From: Roseibacillus sp.
GTDB lineage: Bacteria > Verrucomicrobiota > Verrucomicrobiia > Verrucomicrobiales > Akkermansiaceae
Assembly (NCBI GenBank): GCA_965242925.1
Contig: CBDEUM010000041.1
Location: 1 to 23,833 of the forward strand
DNA length: 23,833 bases
Direction: 5' to 3'
A program made the position numbers and the translations under genes. Under the pieces are notes generated by a model. That model saw only the letters and a program-made list of their open reading frames with translations, did not search any database and was not told where the DNA came from. Shown piece by piece: positions 18,213 to 23,833 of this stretch (its first letter is position 1; each line of letters opens with the position of its first letter).

Positions 18213-18824
18213 TCAGCGCGTTCTCAGGTCGTGGACGGCTTCGCCGTCCGGGAGCAGTTTTCCGGGTGAGGGCGCCAGGGGAGAGGGCCCCCGGAGTCGA
18301 CGTCCGATGACCTTCAGCTGCACTTCACGGGCTTTCTTCACTCCGTCGCGCAGGACCACCTGCCACAACCGGGTCTTTCCGGTGGGGACGGAATGGATGA
18401 GGAGGAGGCTGTGTACCCCCGCGTGAGTGAGGTCTTTGCGGCCGGGGGTGGCATCGCTGGTGGGGTGGGAGTGAAAGGCTCCGATGATCTCGGCCTTGTT
18501 GGTGCGGGCGATTCCACGGATTCGTTTCACGCTGCGGGATGACAGTTCGTAAGAGTGGGCGTGACGGCTTTCATTGTCGGCGAAAATCAGTTCCAGGGTG
18601 CCGGCACCGCCGGGACGCCGGAGGATGGCTCCGCAGACCTCGCGATTGCCATTGTGCCGGGCCTCGCGGGCTTCGCGGCTGAAGCGGATGCCTTCGTGGT
18701 GGGGAAGCCGGTAGGAGGATTCTGCCCAACCCCGGGCCAGATTGGATCGTCGCCAGTTCTCGCTGTCGGTTTCACAGGACAACGTTGCGGCGCAGGCCAG
18801 GGCGATGAGGGGAGAGAATCTCAT
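18213..18824 (-). CDS. Mov34/MPN/PAD-1 (JAB/JAMM) metalloprotease family protein with putative lipoprotein signal peptide
   Basis: REVCGAIL (catalytic Glu at 18639-18641) and IIGAFHSHPTSDATPGRKD (HxH-x10-D) match the JAMM motif. The N-terminus MRFSPLIALACAATLSC is signal-like. Confidence 0.8.
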   Translation of the reverse strand: MRFSPLIALACAATLSCETDSENWRRSNLARGWAESSYRLPHHEGIRFSREAREARHNGNREVCGAILRRPGGAGTLELIFADNESRHAHSYELSSRSVKRIRGIARTNKAEIIGAFHSHPTSDATPGRKDLTHAGVHSLLLIHSVPTGKTRLWQVVLRDGVKKAREVQLKVIGRRLRGPSPLAPSPGKLLPDGEAVHDLRTR

Positions 18825-18910
18825 CACGACATTCCATCAAGCCTGTACCCGGCCTGGTCACTTGTGCGGGGATCTGGGGGACGAATTGAAATTCCCGTGC
18901 AGGGTCGGGG

Positions 18911-19159
18911 TTACTTGTATTCGATAACCCCGTCGCTCACACCGCCGTGAGCGTTGTGGGTCCGGAGGTGATCCTCGGCGTGTGCACGGTCCGGAGTCCA
19001 GTGACCGGCCCAGGAGCCATTGACAGGACGGTAAAGCCGGGGGCCCTCTTCAGGACCGGGGGCATTCGCTTCCAGAGATTCACTTGCACAGGAAGAAACG
19101 AGAGCGCCGGTCACGAGGGTGGCCAGCGTAAAGGCAAGGTTGGAGAATACGTGCTTCAC
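18911..19159 (-). CDS. Small hypothetical His-rich lipoprotein (82 aa)
   Basis: GTG start, MKHVFSNLAFTLATLVTGALVSS|C lipobox. It fills the gap between two co-oriented genes, with ~85-nt spacers on each side. Confidence 0.6.
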   Translation of the reverse strand: MKHVFSNLAFTLATLVTGALVSSCASESLEANAPGPEEGPRLYRPVNGSWAGHWTPDRAHAEDHLRTHNAHGGVSDGVIEYK

Positions 19160-19247
19160 TGGGAGCAGGTTACTCAGGGCGCGGATGGGGCATCAATCCT
19201 GCTTTTGCCGATCTGTCTTTTCGGGAACGGCTGAGTGTCCCCAACCG

Positions 19248-21218
19248 TTAGTTCACGGCACGATCGACAGGGTCCAGGGAAGTCTCCGTGCTGGATCTGG
19301 CGGGCGGAGGAAGGAGGTCGTTTTCCGGTAGAACCTTGTCCAGAAGGCGCTGGAATCCTTCCTCGGCCATCTCGCTGCCCGGGTAAATGCGCAGGGCCTT
19401 GAGGTACCAGGCGATGGCGGAGCCGGTCTGGTCGCGCCTGGAGTCCTCGAACTTCCGGGCACGCTGCAGGGCATCGACAAAGGGTGCGACCTTGGGGGTG
19501 AGGGTTTCAATTTCCTCTCCGAGTTTCGGGTCCTTGGAGAATTCCTTCTGCGAGCGCAGGGCGGCAAGGGCCTCCCAGGCCGCATAGCTGTTACCACGGG
19601 TATCGACCTGGCGTGCGACCACGATAGTGGTGTCGATCTTGAGGATGTTTTTGATAACCGTTTCCAGGGCATCTATCTTGGTTGCGTTGTCCTTGACCGC
19701 CGGGGCGAATTCATACTGGCGCTTGAAGATCTCCCGGAAATTCTGTTCGCGGAGCAGGCGGTCGAAGTCATTGCGCGCGACCAGTATCCCTCCACTCTTG
19801 TCAACGAGATCGCTGAACTCCTGAAGCTTCGGGTTGGTGGGCCAGATCTCGGCGGCAGCCTGGACTTCCTGCTTGGCCGTGTCCTTGTCGCCCTCAAGAA
19901 GGGCCGCCTTGGCACTCTGAATGGCCATGTTACTGGCGAAGGTGTAGCCGGTGATGGCGCTCTCCGCCTTGGCGGAGGGGAAGTCCTTGGCGGTGTCCTT
20001 CAGCGCGGTCACCAGTTCCTGCGCCTGGGTGTAGTTCTTGGCCTGCATGGCGTCATAGAGTTCAAACAGGCTTCTCACGTAGAGCTGGATCCGGAGCTTC
20101 TTCTCCCGTTCGAGGGTTGCCACCGGGGCGAGATATTCTCCGATGAAGAAGGCCTCCAGGAGACGTTTCTGCGCGGTGTGCAGTTCGTCGCGTTCAAGGA
20201 GGAAATTGACGGCTTCGATGGCCTTGTTGACCTCCTGGATGGCTTCGTTGGCGATGGAGTCGAGGGTAGAGACGGTTGGGTTCACTCCGAGGCTCTCGCT
20301 GAACATCTTGGAGACATCGGAGTTCTTGTCGATGTGCAGGGCAGCGTCGCCGTCCTTCCAGATCTGGTTGTAGAAGCGCGAGGCCATGAGGACGTGCTGA
20401 TAACGGCGCTGCATGGTCCAGAGAGCCATATTGGCCTGGTACTGGATCTTGGAGCGGAGTTCCTGCACTTCTGACTGCGCGATATTCTTTTTCTTGAGGG
20501 CCTCGACCTCCACGATGCGCCGCAGGATCTCGGCATACTCAAGGGACTGGGCACCACGACCGGTGGACGTGGCCTCGGTATTCTTCTGGTTCTTCTGCTC
20601 GCCGCCTCCCTGGGTGGTGGGCTTTACATTACCGGTCTTCTGGTCGCGGTCGTGGCGGGTCTTCCAGTCGCCGTCGCGGATGCGCTTCTGCTTCTCCTCC
20701 TCCAGGGCGGTATTGAGCTTGTGGAGGTTCCGGTTGTCGCGCTTGGCCAGCATGGCGACGTAAACGGCCTCGGCCAGCGTCATGCAGATGCGTGCGTCAG
20801 CGGGAAAGGCGGAAGCGGCGGGAAGAGTCTGGTAGGCGGTCTTGATATCAGGTCCTCCCTTCCGGTAGGGCGAAAGGTCCGCGAGGATCCGGTCGATATT
20901 GCTACGGTAGGTCCTGGCATCCTCGGAGTTTTCCTCCGGCTGGCTGAGGTATTTCTCAAAGCGGGACCGCATGATGCGGTTGTCCCCCAGGGGGATGGTG
21001 ATACCGGCGACCGTGATGGTTTCATCACCCGGATTGAGAAGAGGAATCTCCTCGCCGAAGGGTGACTTGGTGTCGGGCTGCGGCCGGTTGACCGTGGTGC
21101 TGGTGTCGGTCGGGGTGGTGTTGGGCTTCTTGTCAGGAGAGGGCGGGGTGTAGACCTGGCCCGGGGCCACGCCGCTGAGGGCGAGGAGGAGCGCGATTCG
21201 GATCAATTGGTTCTTCAT
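19248..21218 (-). CDS. Large exported alpha-helical (TPR-like/coiled-coil) hypothetical protein, 656 aa
   Basis: Signal peptide MKNQLIRIALLLALSGVAPG|Q, Pro/Thr-rich linker, amphipathic helical body and TPR-like segments (e.g. AIAWYLKALRIYPGSEMAEEGFQRL). Long ORF with strong codon bias. Confidence 0.8.
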   Translation of the reverse strand: MKNQLIRIALLLALSGVAPGQVYTPPSPDKKPNTTPTDTSTTVNRPQPDTKSPFGEEIPLLNPGDETITVAGITIPLGDNRIMRSRFEKYLSQPEENSEDARTYRSNIDRILADLSPYRKGGPDIKTAYQTLPAASAFPADARICMTLAEAVYVAMLAKRDNRNLHKLNTALEEEKQKRIRDGDWKTRHDRDQKTGNVKPTTQGGGEQKNQKNTEATSTGRGAQSLEYAEILRRIVEVEALKKKNIAQSEVQELRSKIQYQANMALWTMQRRYQHVLMASRFYNQIWKDGDAALHIDKNSDVSKMFSESLGVNPTVSTLDSIANEAIQEVNKAIEAVNFLLERDELHTAQKRLLEAFFIGEYLAPVATLEREKKLRIQLYVRSLFELYDAMQAKNYTQAQELVTALKDTAKDFPSAKAESAITGYTFASNMAIQSAKAALLEGDKDTAKQEVQAAAEIWPTNPKLQEFSDLVDKSGGILVARNDFDRLLREQNFREIFKRQYEFAPAVKDNATKIDALETVIKNILKIDTTIVVARQVDTRGNSYAAWEALAALRSQKEFSKDPKLGEEIETLTPKVAPFVDALQRARKFEDSRRDQTGSAIAWYLKALRIYPGSEMAEEGFQRLLDKVLPENDLLPPPARSSTETSLDPVDRAVN

Positions 21219-21252
21219 GCCGGATTGCTTGGCTGATCTCTTACTCGGTATT

Positions 21253-21654
21253 CTAAGGCTTCTTGATCTCGGTTGCAACGTTTACGCCCCCTTCTTCCAC
21301 CCGAATCTTGAAGGCGTAAGTGACGTCGCGTTCCAGGTTGATGGTTGCAATATCCTCAGGGACCTTGACAAAGACCGCCTCTTCCTCGCCGCTATCACTT
21401 TCCACCATCAGGCAGACGCCTACGCCGGAATCCCGGCTCTCGATGCGGAAGACCGTGCCTTCCACGGTGTATTCGTTGCGTCGCATGGCGGTGGCATTGG
21501 AGAAGGTTTCCTGCAAGGGGAGGGGTTGTCCGGTGAAGCCCTCCTTCTTGCCCTTCTTCAGGACAAAGGCCCCGCCGACGACGACGACGAGGACGACCGC
21601 CGCGATACCGATGATGGCGGTGGCGTTGAGACCGGAGCTGGCGCGGCGACCCAT
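21253..21654 (-). CDS. Membrane-anchored hypothetical protein, probable OB-fold-like beta domain
   Basis: Single N-terminal TM helix (AIIGIAAVVLVVVVGGAFVL) followed by a beta-rich domain, NEYTVEGTV..VCLMVE..VFVKVP..YAFKIRVEEGG..ATEIKK. It ends 34 nt before the next ATG. Confidence 0.75.
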   Translation of the reverse strand: MGRRASSGLNATAIIGIAAVVLVVVVGGAFVLKKGKKEGFTGQPLPLQETFSNATAMRRNEYTVEGTVFRIESRDSGVGVCLMVESDSGEEEAVFVKVPEDIATINLERDVTYAFKIRVEEGGVNVATEIKKP

Positions 21655-21841
21655 ATTCTTGATTCTAAGCGCTAAAGGGAAGGAACAGTGGGATTCTACG
21701 GGGGAATCGGAGATTGCTAAACCTAGGAATTCGGGAATTCCGGCCCGGGAGGGTTCGGAGAAAGGAGCAGAGGCAGCCCTGATCCACCCGTTCGGGTGAT
21801 CTGGGAGCTGTCATTTGGGGGCAATTCATGGGGAAAGAGGC

Positions 21842-23629
21842 CTAATTGTCCCATTGGTGGCGCACCATTCCCATCCAGGCTGCAATGATTCCAACCATGG
21901 TCTGGGCGCAGAGAGCGAAGAAACAGATATTGCCGGGTGAGAGTTCGGTCTCGGTGATCACATCGACGGCGGTATGGATATTGCCACCGAGGGCATCGAT
22001 GCTGCCGGACCATGCCCAGTAGGCGGAGACGAAGGGTTGAGTGAGGTTTTCGAAGAACTCGGGAAGGGCGAGGACGGCGCCGCTGAGGGGGAGTTGGAAG
22101 CCGACGAGATAGATGGAGAGGAGGGAAGACTGCTCCGGGGTCTTCATGATGGAAGAGATGGCCAGGCAGATCGCGGTGATGGAGGCGTTGACGAGGATGA
22201 GGAAGGAGACATGGCTGACAAAGGAGCCACTGAATTGCCAGAAGAACTCCACGAACATGGCCATCCAGAGTGACTGCGCAAGGATGAGACAGGTGAGGAA
22301 GGCGAGTTTACTGAGAAGGTAGGAGACTGGGCGGACGCCGCTGAACTTCTCCTTCTCCATGATCTTCCGTTCCCCAGACACTTCGCGGGCGGCATTGTTG
22401 GAGCCCATCAGGGCGAGGAGGATGACCTCGAACATGATCATTCCCGAGACGGCGGCGCCGACCCGGATCTGGTCCTCGCGGACCTCGACCCGGGATTGCA
22501 GTTCGAGGACGATATTCTCCTCTGGAATATCAGAGAGGCGCTTGATGGGCTCCTTTCCCCGTTCGGCAAAGAAAGTAACGAGGATGGGGAAGCAGAGCAG
22601 GATGGCGACCTGGAGCAGGACCTGGGTCCGGTCGCGGAAGAAGATTTTCCAGCGCCGGGTGAGCAAGGTTCCGAATTGGCTGAAGGTGCTCGGCAGGCGA
22701 AGAGGCGCAGTTTTGTTCTTCTTCTTCTTCTTCTTCTTCTTCTTCTTGGTCGCCTGTTCGTCCTCTTCGCCGGTGGATTCCTCACTGGCGGGCAACTTGA
22801 TCACGCCGGTCTCGATATGGAGTTCGCGCGTGCGTTCGAGCTTTCGGTAGTAGGCTACGCGGTGTTTTGCCCAGGACTCCTGCCATTCCTCACCAGTCTG
22901 CTTGGCGAGGGCGGGGTAGACTTCCTCGGAGTCGTCGACCGAGAAGTAGTGGGTGAGCTGGCCGGGGGGACCGTGGTAGGCGACGCTGCCCTCGTGGATT
23001 ACGAGGATCGAGTCGTAGAGTTGGAGATGAGCGAGAGAGTGCGTGACCAGGATAACGGTGCGGCCATCGTTGCGGGAAAGGTCGTGGAGGAGATGTACGA
23101 TTTCGCGTTCGGAACGGGGATCAAGTCCGGTGGTGACCTCGTCACAGAGGAGAAGCTTGGGGTCGGAGACGAGCTCCATGGCGAGTCCGAGGCGCCGCTT
23201 CTGTCCGCCGGAGAGGACCTTGATATGGCGGTCGGCAATGGGAGCCAGACCGGTTTCCTCAAGGATGCGGTCGATACGCTGGTCAAGATCCTCAAGGTTC
23301 CTGCTCTTTACCCGCAGGCGGGTTGCGGCCTCGACCGCCTCATCGACGGTGAGTTCGTCGTAGGCGATGGAGAACTGGGGAACGTAGCCGATTTCCCATG
23401 GTTCCAGGTCGCCCTCCTCGGAGAGATTGCGCCCGTCCCACCAGAGGGAGCCTTCGGACTCGGGGTTGAGTCCGGCGATGGTCTTGAGGAGAGTGGTCTT
23501 TCCGCAGCCGGAGGGGCCCACGATGGCCATGAAGTGTCCCCGTGGAACAGCGAGACTGGCTTTGTTCACGAGGTGAACGGGCTCGCCGTCTTTCTGGATG
23601 GTGAAACAGACCTCCTTGAGCTCTAGCAC
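21842..23629 (-). CDS. ABC transporter, fused ATP-binding domain + ABC-2-type permease (ABCG/White-like NBD-TMD topology)
   Basis: Walker A GPSGCGKTT, Q-loop YVPQ, signature LSGGQKRR, Walker B LLLCDEVTTGLDP and H-loop VTH. The C-terminal half has ~6 TM helices with REVSGERKIMEKEK and FQLPLSGAV. GTG start. Confidence 0.92.
   Translation of the reverse strand: MLELKEVCFTIQKDGEPVHLVNKASLAVPRGHFMAIVGPSGCGKTTLLKTIAGLNPESEGSLWWDGRNLSEEGDLEPWEIGYVPQFSIAYDELTVDEAVEAATRLRVKSRNLEDLDQRIDRILEETGLAPIADRHIKVLSGGQKRRLGLAMELVSDPKLLLCDEVTTGLDPRSEREIVHLLHDLSRNDGRTVILVTHSLAHLQLYDSILVIHEGSVAYHGPPGQLTHYFSVDDSEEVYPALAKQTGEEWQESWAKHRVAYYRKLERTRELHIETGVIKLPASEESTGEEDEQATKKKKKKKKKKNKTAPLRLPSTFSQFGTLLTRRWKIFFRDRTQVLLQVAILLCFPILVTFFAERGKEPIKRLSDIPEENIVLELQSRVEVREDQIRVGAAVSGMIMFEVILLALMGSNNAAREVSGERKIMEKEKFSGVRPVSYLLSKLAFLTCLILAQSLWMAMFVEFFWQFSGSFVSHVSFLILVNASITAICLAISSIMKTPEQSSLLSIYLVGFQLPLSGAVLALPEFFENLTQPFVSAYWAWSGSIDALGGNIHTAVDVITETELSPGNICFFALCAQTMVGIIAAWMGMVRHQWDN
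22718..22747 (-). repeat. Perfect trinucleotide repeat (AAG)10 encoding Lys10 in the ABC NBD-TMD linker
   Basis: The plus strand reads (CTT)10 at 22718-22747. The protein reads EEDEQATKKKKKKKKKKNK. Confidence 0.95.
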
Positions 23630-23833
23630 GCTGGATGGGGATCGGGGTGGCGATGGGGCCGGATGCGAAACCGGGCGGAGGGATCAACCTCGGGATTGAA
23701 ACCCACCCTCCGCCTGCTGGGAAGTACAAACGTCGCAAGGCCAGGGGCGTTTCGGCAGGGACTTCCCTGATCGGGGCAGGAAAGAGGAATCTTGAGCGAA
23801 CCCGGAGGAGTGTTACCCTCTCGTAAGTAATGG

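Noticed and set aside
18213..18824. JAB gene as part of a CBASS or ubiquitin-like antiphage system, or as RadC
   Set aside because: There is no cyclase, E1/E2, ubiquitin-like or effector gene nearby, and the motif is HSHP rather than the RadC HNHPSG with its HhH region.
22359..23626. Plus-strand ORFs with poly-Phe or poly-Leu and a minus-strand alternative frame with poly-Arg
   Set aside because: These are other-frame readings of the (AAG)10 tract inside the ABC transporter gene.
23635..23826. 63-aa plus-strand ORF at the window end
   Set aside because: It is short, has no motifs, starts 5 nt from a divergent start codon, and would occupy the expected promoter region of the ABC gene.

Overview
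This is a GC-rich, gene-dense bacterial window. Its gene content (Verru_Chthon cassette A-like pseudopilin, DUF1549/DUF1553 cytochrome plus DUF1501 pair, sulfatase, Tat-exported Gfo/Idh/MocA, PQQ-like propeller, SHD1 protein) is typical of Verrucomicrobiota/PVC bacteria; the taxonomy is an inference. I support 16 genes, most encoding exported or envelope proteins, and found no rRNA, tRNA, CRISPR array or mobile element. Three exported-protein genes are each split by a single-base indel (~3736-3740, ~12912-12915, ~13644) and can be rejoined into intact proteins. The most unusual part is the minus-strand run at 18213-23629: an ABCG-like NBD-TMD fusion with an (AAG)10 poly-Lys linker, a membrane-anchored OB-fold-like protein, a large exported helical protein, a small His-rich lipoprotein, and a JAB/JAMM metalloprotease that appears to carry a signal peptide. 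All family assignments come from motif recognition by eye; no database search was run.
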